A stretch of DNA of 64,000 nucleotides from PVC group bacterium (GTDB lineage Bacteria > Verrucomicrobiota > Kiritimatiellia > CAIKKV01). The translations under genes and the position numbers were made by a program. This document shows positions 8,782-19,520 of this stretch, piece after piece; within the stretch, counting starts at the first letter, position 1; the number at the start of each line of letters is the position of its first letter. Location of the stretch: positions 14,618 to 78,617 of the forward strand of contig CAMDGM010000003.1 of assembly GCA_945898015.1 (NCBI GenBank). The letters are read 5' to 3'. The notes under the pieces were generated by a model that was not told the origin of the DNA, searched no databases, and saw only the letters and a program-made list of their open reading frames with translations.

Positions 8782-9525
8782 TTACAAAACCACGGACAGC
8801 ATCAGGCTGCCCCAGAACGGGTTATCATCCTTGTAGAGGGCCTTCGCGCCAGCTCGGATATCCGAGTCCGGCAGCCAGGCATATTGGATGCCGGGCGTGA
8901 GGGTGACGGTTTTCGACAAGGCGAACGACACCTTGGCGCCCGTGGTTACATCGTTCAAGGCCGCATCGTCCACGCCGAAGTAGAAGGCGTTGTAATCCTC
9001 GTCCGCGGCGCCTATCGAGGCGATCAGCTCCAAGGTGGTGGTATCGCCAAGGGCGATTTCCTTTGAAAGTGCCAACGAGGCATAGAACCCGTCGGCCTCC
9101 TCCACATCGCGGTAGACGGAAAGGGTGGGGACCGCCAGCGACGCGTCCGGCAGGGACAGGCTTCCGTAGACTTCCCGCGTACTGGAAACATCTGTGTTGG
9201 GGAACAGGTACTCGATCACGCCGACGCCATATTCCATGGCGCCCCACTGGCCGCCGTAGGAGACGGTGAGATCGACCTCCGAGAAGTCGGCGTGGGTCTC
9301 TCCGCGGTCGGTGGCGTCGTAGTTCGCCCAGACGTTCACTCCGAATCCGTCCTTTTCCACGTTCAAGGCGGGCTGGATGACGGCTTCGTCGTTCAGCATC
9401 TGGCCGCGCCATACGTAGGCGGAGAGGATCGGCAGGTCCACGCCCGCATCCGCGCCGCGCGCCGTTGTTCCCGCGCCCAGAATTCCAGCCGTCGCTATCA
9501 GCATCAGTCCCGTTGCCGTCCGCAT
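8782..9525 (-). CDS. Outer-membrane beta-barrel protein (hypothetical)
   Basis: Signal peptide; alternating hydrophobic beta-strand pattern; 'YVWRGQ' block; length ~250 aa. Confidence 0.5.
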   Translation of the reverse strand: MRTATGLMLIATAGILGAGTTARGADAGVDLPILSAYVWRGQMLNDEAVIQPALNVEKDGFGVNVWANYDATDRGETHADFSEVDLTVSYGGQWGAMEYGVGVIEYLFPNTDVSSTREVYGSLSLPDASLAVPTLSVYRDVEEADGFYASLALSKEIALGDTTTLELIASIGAADEDYNAFYFGVDDAALNDVTTGAKVSFALSKTVTLTPGIQYAWLPDSDIRAGAKALYKDDNPFWGSLMLSVVL

Positions 9526-9775
9526 GTTCGTACTCCCTGGTTGTTGTTTCAGTCCGTAATTCCCTTAGCAAGGGCAATGCCAACTCGGGCTAAAGAGTTG
9601 TAAATGACTCACGGTGAATCGGTTGCAAGATAAATGACGAGAAAGTCGCCATTCATTGGATGCGACAAGATGGTCGAATAATGCTTTGAGTGCTACAGAA
9701 TTGTTCCATCGGTTGATAGAGCGGAGACTTCTATATACAGGGGTCACGCTGTGCGGCTGTCCGGAGGCCCGGCGG

Positions 9776-10408
9776 TTATGGCGACCGTGATTCGCGTTTC
9801 GTCCCCGCGCTCACCGGGATGAGAATTTCGTTGCGGCGCAGGAACCAGGGGGTGAAGGGGGGATTGTAGCGGGCCCACACGGGTTCGCCCTGGACGGTTA
9901 AGCCCTTTGCCGCGATCCACGTTTCCAGCTCCTTCTTATGTTGCCGGTAATGCTTTTCCGACCAGACACCGGAGTAGCGAATCGCGGCCATCCGGCGGCC
10001 AGGAATCTGGCGCAAGGCGACTTTCGGATCGGTTGGCGCGGGGAGGTTTTGCAGGGTCGAGCCGGCCGGCATCATGAAGCTGACGGCCCAGCCGCCCGGG
10101 GCGGGTTCCTGGCTGACGGGGGCGGTCATGGCGATTTTCTCGCTCCGCGCCTCCTGTGAAACGGGGGCGGTCATGGCGATGGTGTTGCTCGTCTGGTTGT
10201 CGCCGGAGATGTAGCGAAAAAGCCGGCGGAATGCCTTATTCCCGGCCTGTTCCAGCGAGCCTTCCACGATGGTTTCCGCGAGCACGACCGGCGCGTAATC
10301 GCGGAGTTCGCAGGCTTCAGCTTTCTCCGTCACCGTATACTTGGCTTCTTCGAGGGCCATGGCGTTTAATCCTCCCAGAATAAGGATGAGGACAGAATGG
10401 ATGTGTTT
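9776..10408 (-). CDS. SOUL/HBP heme-binding family protein
   Basis: Signal peptide MKHIHSVLILILGGLNAMA; SOUL-like blocks (YEVREY-like 'CELRDYAPVVLAE', 'NPPFTPWFLRRNEI'). Confidence 0.6.
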   Translation of the reverse strand, partial: KHIHSVLILILGGLNAMALEEAKYTVTEKAEACELRDYAPVVLAETIVEGSLEQAGNKAFRRLFRYISGDNQTSNTIAMTAPVSQEARSEKIAMTAPVSQEPAPGGWAVSFMMPAGSTLQNLPAPTDPKVALRQIPGRRMAAIRYSGVWSEKHYRQHKKELETWIAAKGLTVQGEPVWARYNPPFTPWFLRRNEILIPVSAGTKRESRSP

Positions 10409-10526
10409 CATCACCGGTACTCCTAGCAAGATTTATCAGTCAACCGATGCAAGTTGAAGGAACGATAGACTGGATAGTGCTCTGATGCAATTGGTTTTGG
10501 GGCGTGGGAACACCATATACCTATAT

Positions 10527-10994
10527 TTACGGCGTCTTCGCGTTGAGTCGGGCGCGAAGCGCCAGCACGTCGATCTTGTCTTTATCGCGCAAACTGTCCT
10601 GTTTCAGCAGGATCAAGCCTTCGGCGCCCAGGTAAGGAACCGGAACGCCATCCAGGTCGATCCAGAGCCGATAGGCAAGCAGATCCTCGAAATGGCGGCC
10701 GCCCATGCGGACAAACAGATCGATGGGAAAGTCCTCAATAACGCGGACTGCGCCTTCCTCATCGGTGAAATCGGCGGCGGTTAATTCACTGGCAAAACCC
10801 TGGCCATACCGGGAAAGGGACGACAGCAGGCGGTCGATATTGTCCGGTGTGTTGGCGACCAGCAGGTCGACATCCTCGGTGGTGCGGACAAAGCCGTTGA
10901 GGGTGCAGGCCACGCCGCCCACGGTCATGAACGCCACTTTATTTCGGGCGAGGGTGACCAACAGTTTTTCGAACAGGGTAAGTTCCGGAGTCAT
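10527..10994 (-). CDS. Minimal nucleotidyltransferase (MNT/pol-beta fold) family protein
   Basis: 'FMTVGGVACTLNGFVRTTEDVDLLV' GG...R.T.D.D NTase motif; 155 aa. Confidence 0.5.
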   Translation of the reverse strand: MTPELTLFEKLLVTLARNKVAFMTVGGVACTLNGFVRTTEDVDLLVANTPDNIDRLLSSLSRYGQGFASELTAADFTDEEGAVRVIEDFPIDLFVRMGGRHFEDLLAYRLWIDLDGVPVPYLGAEGLILLKQDSLRDKDKIDVLALRARLNAKTP

Positions 10995-11344
10995 CGCGTG
11001 GCTCGACTTTCAGGTTGCGAACAAACCGGTTGAGGCGGTCCAGGCGCACGAGCGGGCGTTCCGGTTTTTCCCGGCCCACCGTTTTCCGGATCGACTTGTC
11101 AGGGGTGTCATTCACGTTTCTATGATAGCAGGGTAAAGGACGAGGCGCAATCCTGATACTTGCCTAAGGAACCCTTTCAAAGGGAATAGCGTGGATGAGA
11201 GGTTGGGGGGGTGAAGGCCGGGCTGGGTGCGGTGTTTCGGGCGTTCCCCGTCGGGTGCTTTTGCGCGCTAAGGGCTTCAGGCTGGATGGGCCGGGCCTTT
11301 AGGCCACGTCCCATCGCCTTCAACCCTTATCCTCGCAAAATCAC

Positions 11345-11525
11345 CTCGTCGTGGTCTGCCTGATCGAAACGCCGCCCCCGAGATCCATCGCGCGCCCGGC
11401 CGCTGTCGCGGCCTCGGGCGGCCCATCGACTCCGCTCAGGGCAGGCGCGCGAGACGGCTTCCGACCAAAGCCCGTTTCGTTCACATGCCAGCATAGCCGA
11501 AAGGGGCAATCCGTAGGTGTGGTTT
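11345..11525 (+). repeat. Same dispersed repeat family, copy 4
   Basis: 'GCCTGATCGAAACGCCGC...TCGCGCGCCCGGCCGCTGTCGCGGCCTCGGGCGG...GCCAGCATAGCCGAAAGGGGCAATCCGTAGGTGTGGTTTTGG' matches copies at 6.9/7.1/7.3/42.3 kb. Confidence 0.75.
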
Positions 11526-11576
11526 TGGACGCTACCTTAGGAAGTGTTTCAAAACAGACGGTCTCCGTTTGTGGGT

Positions 11577-13697
11577 TTATTCTGTCCGGGGTGCGGCGGA
11601 ATGGAGGGTATACCGGACCGAGCGGGCTGTGCCGTTCGTGGCGGGATCGAGCAGGGTGATGAGCGCGGTGCAGGTGCGGGCCTTGGACTGGTAGCCGTCC
11701 GTCCAGCCCGGGGACAATAGCAGGGCGCGGGGGCGGTCGAATTGAATATCCATGGCGCCGTTGAAGCGTTCGACGCGAATCCGTTCGGCGGCGGGAAAGG
11801 CGTCGCCGGGCTTGGCGAGGACCCAGACGTTGGACGACTGCACGCGGATCACGGCTGCGGTCTGGGCGGGCAGCTCCTGCAGGAAAAGCGGCAGGGTTTC
11901 GTAGAGTTCGGCGACCGGCACGGCGTTGGAGCCGGGTGTGACCACGGTGTCCACGGTCACGCCGGCGGCCCCGGCCGTGAAGGTGCGGGTGTAGGCGTAG
12001 CCGGAGTTGGTTTCCGTTTGCGTGTCGGGCGTCAGGAGGGGAATGGCGCCTGACACCGTGATGACGGCCTGGGTGGCGTCCAGATGACGCGTGGTTTGCG
12101 GCTGGCGGAGGCGGGCGGTGGTGAGGAGGGCGCCGGCGGCGGTGCAGCCGCTGACCGCGTGGATGGGCCAGGCGCGCCATTCGGACCAGGAATCGAACAC
12201 TGCGCCCTGCACGCCGCGGCGGCGGCCGGCGAGGGTGACGCCGGAGGCCGGCGTCCAGAAGATGGAAAGCTGGCCGCCGCCGTAGCCGTAGGGCAGGTTG
12301 TTGTGGCCGAACGACCGGCCCACGGGTCCGGTGTGGATCGCAACGGCGTAGGTTGGGAACCGGGCGATGACGAAAGCGTCACCGAAGGTGCGGATGAAAG
12401 AGCCGTCGCGCCGGTAGGGGGAGAGGAGCAGGGGCGACTCTGCGGCGGCCAGGGCGCGGAGCCGGGCGAGGTGGCCGGCGGGCGCGTGGATGGAGGCGAA
12501 GCGGGCGCGGTAGCTCCAGTGGGATTCATGCCAGGCGCGGGCCTTGAGGACGGGCGGCTTGACGAGGTTGAGCGTGCCGGCCAGCTTGGCGGGGATGGCG
12601 GCAAGTGTCGGGTCGTCGGGCAGGGTGGCCAGATAGATGGCGTCGTCGCTGAGCATGGCGGCGGATTGCAGGCGGTCGGGGAACGGCCATTGATCGTGCG
12701 CCGGGTCGGCGGAGGTGCGCGAGCTCATGGCGCTGGGGCCGGAGGCGCCTTTGTTGTCGGGATTGGGAAAGCAGAGGTGGGCGCGAAGCGCGAGGGCGTT
12801 GCGCATGGCGTCGCGGGCGAACGGCCAGTCGGAGGCGAGCGCCGCCCAGGAGCCGAAGAACAGGCTGATGCCGTTGTAGGAGGTGTCGAAGCAGCCGTTA
12901 TCCACGAAATAGCCGGCCTCGTTGAAGAAGGCGGGGTTCGTGAAGAGGGGTCGGGAATAGGACTCCGCGAGGGCGGCCATGCCGGGGTCGCCGGTGGCTT
13001 TTTGAACATACCACAGGCCGACGGGCGCGAAGAGATCCATGTCGGTCATGAGCCCCTTGGGGCCCCAGGCGGCGAGGCGGCGGCTGAGTTTTTTGAGGCC
13101 GGTTTCGAAGGCGGCCCGGGCCTCCGCGGGGAGGGCCGTTTTACAGAGGCCGTAGGTGTCGGCGATCCAGATGAGGTTGCCGCCGAGGTAGTCGGCGCGG
13201 TCAGAGCCCTGCGGGTTCTGTTCGTACAGGGTGTCGAGCATGATCAGGTCGATGATGGCGAGGGTGAGGGCGCGGAGTTGGAGGGCGCGGTTATCGCGGT
13301 AGGGGTTGCCGGGCCAGGACCAGGCGGCGAGGCGGGCGAGCGATTGGCAGGCGCCGGGATCGGCGGGGAGGGCGAGTCCGTTGGTGCCCTCGATGGCGGC
13401 GAGGGTGAAGGCGGGCGCGGGGAGCAGCGCTTCGGCGATCGCGGGCGGGGTGAGGGACAGGAGCCAGAGCTGGTAGCGGGCGTCGTCATCGGACGGCGTG
13501 ATGGCGGTGAACGCCTGGGGGGTGACGGCGAAGTCGTTGGAGGCGAGGGTGGCGAGGAAGGTGCGGAGGGTTTGCTGGTAGGGGTGATGGGCGGGCAGGG
13601 AGGTGACGGGGAGTGTGACCTGGACATAGGCGGCGGGTGCCGCCGTGGCGAGGAGTGCGGCGGACAGGGAGGTGAGCAGGCGGGTGAGTAATGTCAC
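11577..13697 (-). CDS. Secreted 706-aa hypothetical protein (possible polysaccharide-lyase/heparinase-II/III-like; unverified)
   Basis: Clear signal peptide MTLLTRLLTSLSAALLATAAPAA; long non-repetitive ORF; 66 bp downstream of the co-oriented PEP-domain gene. Confidence 0.45.
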   Translation of the reverse strand: MTLLTRLLTSLSAALLATAAPAAYVQVTLPVTSLPAHHPYQQTLRTFLATLASNDFAVTPQAFTAITPSDDDARYQLWLLSLTPPAIAEALLPAPAFTLAAIEGTNGLALPADPGACQSLARLAAWSWPGNPYRDNRALQLRALTLAIIDLIMLDTLYEQNPQGSDRADYLGGNLIWIADTYGLCKTALPAEARAAFETGLKKLSRRLAAWGPKGLMTDMDLFAPVGLWYVQKATGDPGMAALAESYSRPLFTNPAFFNEAGYFVDNGCFDTSYNGISLFFGSWAALASDWPFARDAMRNALALRAHLCFPNPDNKGASGPSAMSSRTSADPAHDQWPFPDRLQSAAMLSDDAIYLATLPDDPTLAAIPAKLAGTLNLVKPPVLKARAWHESHWSYRARFASIHAPAGHLARLRALAAAESPLLLSPYRRDGSFIRTFGDAFVIARFPTYAVAIHTGPVGRSFGHNNLPYGYGGGQLSIFWTPASGVTLAGRRRGVQGAVFDSWSEWRAWPIHAVSGCTAAGALLTTARLRQPQTTRHLDATQAVITVSGAIPLLTPDTQTETNSGYAYTRTFTAGAAGVTVDTVVTPGSNAVPVAELYETLPLFLQELPAQTAAVIRVQSSNVWVLAKPGDAFPAAERIRVERFNGAMDIQFDRPRALLLSPGWTDGYQSKARTCTALITLLDPATNGTARSVRYTLHSAAPRTE

Positions 13698-13763
13698 GAG
13701 GGATTCCTTAATAGTGGAGGGACAGGCCGAGGTTGGGACCGTTGAGGGATTGTTCGGTTTTTT

Positions 13764-16397
13764 TCATAGTGAAGGCGGGATGGCCTCCGGGGGCAGTCGG
13801 TAGCAGACGGCGCGCTGCCGGAGCGAGTTGGCGTTAAGGATCAGAGCGCCGTCATCGGGCAGGTGGGTGGCGTCGATCAGCCGTACGGCGTGCGTCCATT
13901 CCTTTTGATCGGGAAGGAACGCCGTCAGGCGATTTTCGGTGCGCTCTTCGAAGAAGGCGGTGTTCAGGGCGTTGCCGGGTTTGCCCGGGAAGAGCGCGAG
14001 GTAGAGGATGTCGCGCTCGACGAGTTCGTTGAAGAAATGCGTGCCGAGCGACACGTCGGGGATGAGGTCCGCCCGCATGGCCACGATCTCGCCGAGCACG
14101 GAGACTCCGGCGATGTCCACGAACGAGACAGGGACCCCGAGGGCGGGCGTGGTGGTGCCCCAGCGGCCGGGGCCCAGGAGCATCACCGTTTTCTTGGCGA
14201 GTTCAGGCAGGTGGGTGATTTCCCCGATCAGGCGCGCGACGGCGTAGCGGTCGCTTTCCCGCAGGGTGCTATACACGGCGGGGGCCACGTAGAGGATCCA
14301 GTCGATTTTCATCTCCACGCTGTTGCCGATCACGGCGCCGCGGGATTCCAGCACCACATCGTCGGGCGGGATGGTGTCGGGCGGATCGCCGAGTGCGTCT
14401 CCGGTGCCGCGGACCTGGAGGGGGCGGCACTGGACGAGGTTGATCTTGAATTCGTCGGCCTCGGCGAAATTGAGCGTGAACTCGACGTCCACCGGGTGCC
14501 GGTAGGCCGCCTGGAGGGTGTCGAGCATGTCCCGCATGTCGGTGACGAAGGAGGTTTCGGTGAGGAGGCGGTCGAACGTGAGCACCCAGGGCGATTCGGC
14601 TCCGGGCCGGGCGGAGTCGCGGGCGCGTTCGCGGGAGGCGAACATGGACAACGGGATGTCGGGGTGCCGGTCGATGATGTCCTTGAAGGAGACGGAGGCG
14701 AGGTGGTTGGCCTCGAGGTCGAGCACGTCCACGCGGCGCTGGGCGTATTGGACGACCTCGTTGAAGTCGGCTTCGGGCCGGCGGGTGGGCGCGTTGAGGG
14801 CCACGATGCGGGTGTAGTCGTCATCGGACCGGTCCACGGCGCGGGTGCCCATGCCGAAGACGAGGCGGATCATGCCGGCCCGGGGGTCGATGGCGGGGTC
14901 CCAGACGTAGGGGTTGAAGGAGAAGGCCACGCCGGCGGACTGGGGGAAGAAGTAGCTGCCGTAGGCGTTGCCGGAGACGCGCTGGATGAGGAGGCCCATC
15001 TGCTCGTCCTGGGTCATGAGGCCGCGGCGCTGGCGGTAGGTGAGGGCCTCCTCGCTCATGGTGCTGGCGTAGACGCTGCGGACGGCGAACAGGAAATCCT
15101 CGAGCCGCTTGTGGGAGCCGCCCTGGTTGGCGCAGAAGACGCTTTCATATTTGCCGGCGAAGGCGTTGCCGAAGTTGTCCTCCAGGAGGCTGGAGGAGCG
15201 GACGATGACGGGGGACTGGCCGAAGTAGTCGAGCATGTCGGCGTACTGGCGGACGATGTAGTCGGGGAATTCGCCGGCATGGATGCGGCGGCGGGTGGTT
15301 TCGGTGTCGTCGTCAGGCCCTTCGGTGGCCTTGTGGCGGTGGATCATCCACCAGCAGCCATTCTGGACGAGGTAGGTGTAGAAGACGTCGGCGCCGACGA
15401 AGAACGAGTCGTGCATTTCCAGGAGCCGGCCCCAGCGGTCGGGGTCGGCCTTGCGGAGGATGGCGCGGGCGAGGATCATGCCCACGGCCTTGCCGCCGAT
15501 GAGGCCGGTGCCGATCATGCGGCGGCGGATGGCCAGCAGATCGCGCAGGGTGAGGTTCCGCTCGGCGAGGGCGAGGACCTTCTCGTCGTGGGAGATGAGC
15601 ATGCGGAGGATCTTGTGGAAAAAGGAGGCGGCCTTTTCGGGGGAGCCGCCGCCCTGGTCGAGCTCGTTCTGGACGACCTGGGCCTCGGAGAAGGTTTTGG
15701 TCCAGTACCCAAGTTGGGCGCTGGCGGCCTCGGAGCGGGACCAGGGCGAGTTGGCGAGGATTTCGGTGATGATGCCGCTCTGGTTGACGGGGACGAACCG
15801 GTCGGCCTCCCACGCATGGAGCATGTACATGGTGGGGGAGTAGCGGTATTGGACCTTGATGGGCTGGAGGTAGAGTTTTTCCCGGTGGCGGTAGACATCC
15901 ACCAGGATCTGGGTGGTGGAGGCGATTGGCTTGAGGGCGTGGAAGGAGTGGAAATTGCGGAGGATGGCGAAGTAGGCGATGGCGGCGCGGTCGTAGAGGT
16001 AGGGGCAGGTGAGCATGAAGAAGTTGCCCAGCATGCGGTCGCTGCACCAGTCGGGGGCGAGGTCGGAGAGGCAGTCGAAGAGGTAGAGGCAGCCGCGCCC
16101 CTCCTCGTTGATGACGCGGTGGATTTCCGAGAGGAAGGGCTCGAAGCCGCGGTCGGGGTTGAGGGGGATGACTTCGGCGCCCTCCTCGGGGGTGAGGAGG
16201 GGCTCGTGCTGGGCGAAGCGGAAGTAGAAGATCTTCTGCCGGTTTTCGCGGGCGTAGGCGGCGTAGGCGGGGATGAAGGGGAGGTAGTCGCGGACGTTTT
16301 CAACCTGCCAGACGATGTTGTCGCCGGGCATGAGGCCGCGGAAGACATGGTCCAGCGCGGGCAGGCCGGTGCTGAGCTTGATCCGGAGCTTGGGCAT
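13764..16397 (-). CDS. PEP/pyruvate-binding (PPDK_N/PEP-synthase ATP-grasp-type) domain protein with N-terminal degenerate KaiC/RecA-like domain
   Basis: N-terminus 'LSTGLPALDHVFRGLMPGDNIVWQVEN' resembles KaiC/RadA 'G.pGLDe.l.GG.p.g' but lacks GxxGxGKT; residues ~250-877 resemble the PEP-synthase nucleotide-binding domain (GLIGGKAVGMILARAIL); no TSHAAI phosphohistidine domain seen. Confidence 0.5.
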   Translation of the reverse strand: MPKLRIKLSTGLPALDHVFRGLMPGDNIVWQVENVRDYLPFIPAYAAYARENRQKIFYFRFAQHEPLLTPEEGAEVIPLNPDRGFEPFLSEIHRVINEEGRGCLYLFDCLSDLAPDWCSDRMLGNFFMLTCPYLYDRAAIAYFAILRNFHSFHALKPIASTTQILVDVYRHREKLYLQPIKVQYRYSPTMYMLHAWEADRFVPVNQSGIITEILANSPWSRSEAASAQLGYWTKTFSEAQVVQNELDQGGGSPEKAASFFHKILRMLISHDEKVLALAERNLTLRDLLAIRRRMIGTGLIGGKAVGMILARAILRKADPDRWGRLLEMHDSFFVGADVFYTYLVQNGCWWMIHRHKATEGPDDDTETTRRRIHAGEFPDYIVRQYADMLDYFGQSPVIVRSSSLLEDNFGNAFAGKYESVFCANQGGSHKRLEDFLFAVRSVYASTMSEEALTYRQRRGLMTQDEQMGLLIQRVSGNAYGSYFFPQSAGVAFSFNPYVWDPAIDPRAGMIRLVFGMGTRAVDRSDDDYTRIVALNAPTRRPEADFNEVVQYAQRRVDVLDLEANHLASVSFKDIIDRHPDIPLSMFASRERARDSARPGAESPWVLTFDRLLTETSFVTDMRDMLDTLQAAYRHPVDVEFTLNFAEADEFKINLVQCRPLQVRGTGDALGDPPDTIPPDDVVLESRGAVIGNSVEMKIDWILYVAPAVYSTLRESDRYAVARLIGEITHLPELAKKTVMLLGPGRWGTTTPALGVPVSFVDIAGVSVLGEIVAMRADLIPDVSLGTHFFNELVERDILYLALFPGKPGNALNTAFFEERTENRLTAFLPDQKEWTHAVRLIDATHLPDDGALILNANSLRQRAVCYRLPPEAIPPSL

Positions 16398-16413
16398 ATC
16401 CCCCCCGGCGTAA

Positions 16414-17838
<1,425 letters not shown>

Positions 17839-17933
17839 TCAAGGTTGTTCTGCGCGAAGCACGGGAGGGCGAGCGTCCCCGCGAGCCGCATGGCGGATTT
17901 CCGGCGGCGGGTTGAGCGGCGCCGTTTCGGGTG

Positions 17934-18707
17934 TCAGGACCAGCAGCGTTGCAGCATCTGCCAGAGCTGGGCATACATGGCGTTGATGGCGATGGCGATC
18001 AGCAGCAGGAAGGCCAGCCGGCGCAAGACGGGCTTGGAGAATTTGGCGCCGATCCGCAAGCCGAGGAGGGAGCCCAGCAGGACCACGGGTGAGAGGGCCA
18101 CGCCCCAGGCCATGCCCAATAAGGTGGACTTGCCGAATGCGCCATAGAGCAGGGCCAGTTGAATCGGCACCATGCTGATGAACGTGGCAAACAGGAAGGC
18201 GCGCGTCCGCTCCACGGTCCAGTCGTGGGTCATGACCCACAGCACCAGCGGCGGGCCGCCCATGGAGCAAAGGCCGCCGGTGAATCCGCTCAGGCCGAAG
18301 GCCGCCAAATCCCAGCCCTTGTGCAGCCGGGGGCGCGGCCGGGGCTGCCAGGCGGCCTGCAGGATCACCAGGAGGAGCAGGACCATGCCGATCCAGAACT
18401 TGATCTGGGCCGGCGGATGGCTGGCCAGGATGCTGAGCGCCCAGATCCCGAGCAGCATGGTGGTGGCGCGGATGGCCACCGAGAAGCCGACGATTTTCCA
18501 GGGCACCGCGTGGCTCAGGTGGTGCACGCCGCTGGCGGCCTGCACGGCGGTGCAGACGGAGGAGATGGCAATGGCCATGGGCACGGGAAGCCCGATCATC
18601 AAAAACAGGGGCACGGAGAGCAGGCCGAAGCCAAAGGCCACCATCCCCTGCAATAATCCGCCGGCCAGCACAATCAGCACGGCGGCGATAATCTGGTGGG
18701 CGTCCAT
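17934..18707 (-). CDS. TSUP family sulfite/anion exporter (TauE/SafE)
   Basis: 257 aa; 8 TM helices; duplicated 4-TM halves typical of TauE/SafE. Confidence 0.7.
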   Translation of the reverse strand: MDAHQIIAAVLIVLAGGLLQGMVAFGFGLLSVPLFLMIGLPVPMAIAISSVCTAVQAASGVHHLSHAVPWKIVGFSVAIRATTMLLGIWALSILASHPPAQIKFWIGMVLLLLVILQAAWQPRPRPRLHKGWDLAAFGLSGFTGGLCSMGGPPLVLWVMTHDWTVERTRAFLFATFISMVPIQLALLYGAFGKSTLLGMAWGVALSPVVLLGSLLGLRIGAKFSKPVLRRLAFLLLIAIAINAMYAQLWQMLQRCWS

Positions 18708-18737
18708 GGGGTTGGTCCTTGTGGCGTTAGCGGGCGG

Positions 18738-19511
18738 TTAAGTCTTCCACCAGTATTCCGGACTGATGGCGGGAAGTGAAAACGTCCGAAAATGAGGCGG
18801 CAGGCTCTCCAGCAGCGCCTGGGCTTTGCGGCCGAGCGCGGTGGCGGCCAGCTCGACGTTGCGCCGGCCGACCTCGACAGAAGCGTGGATCCGGGGATCC
18901 AGTCCGGAAATGCCGTCGTGCCCGACGTCCGTCTTCCAGTCTACGGGCGCCAGCGGCGCCTGGCCCAGAGCCGGCAGGTCGACCAGGTCCGGGTAGAAAA
19001 ACATCATGTTCGAGGTTTCCCACTTGGCGGCGTGATCGGAGCTGGATTCGGGGCCCTGGCTCAAGGATATCTCCCACAAGCCGATGCCGGTGACGGTGCC
19101 ATCGGCGACCACCGGGACCAGGGCCTGGTTGATCATCGCGAGCTGCTGGGAGACATTGTGGCCGGACACGCCGATGATCACCCGTGCGCCCATGGCCTTG
19201 ATGCGGTCGAACAGGGCGGTGACCATAGCGACTTTCCAGGGGGCCTCTTCGGGGTGGAGTTCTTTCGAGCCCATGTCCGTCCGCGCATAGGGGAAGTAGA
19301 GGGGCGGATAGACCACGCCGCCGAAGGTTTCGGCGCACTTGATCAGGATGGCATGCGCCTTCATGGCGTCGTTTCCAAGAGGCAGGTGCCGGCCGTGCCA
19401 CTCGATCAAACCGAACGGCACATAGACCACGGGGAATCGGCGAAGTGCCTCTTCCAGTTGGAGGGGCCGCATGAATTGCAGTTGAACGTCAGTGGATAAG
19501 TGAGGGTCCAT
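18738..19511 (-). CDS. Creatininase-family (creatinine amidohydrolase fold) protein
   Basis: 'GLIEWHGRHLPLGND' matches creatininase 'GS.EQHGPHLPLGTD' metal-binding block; 'GVSGHN'. Confidence 0.7.
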   Translation of the reverse strand: MDPHLSTDVQLQFMRPLQLEEALRRFPVVYVPFGLIEWHGRHLPLGNDAMKAHAILIKCAETFGGVVYPPLYFPYARTDMGSKELHPEEAPWKVAMVTALFDRIKAMGARVIIGVSGHNVSQQLAMINQALVPVVADGTVTGIGLWEISLSQGPESSSDHAAKWETSNMMFFYPDLVDLPALGQAPLAPVDWKTDVGHDGISGLDPRIHASVEVGRRNVELAATALGRKAQALLESLPPHFRTFSLPAISPEYWWKT

Positions 19512-19520
19512 AGGGTTCCT

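Noticed and set aside
10995-11340. Possible small antitoxin ORF upstream of the 10527-10994 MNT gene
   Set aside because: Only a ~33-codon ATG ORF and an out-of-frame GTG ORF; neither has recognisable features
12084-13691. 535-aa Gly/Glu/Ala-rich ORF on the plus strand
   Set aside because: Antisense to the 706-aa secreted protein; extreme low complexity (GGGEEGAGGG...), no start context
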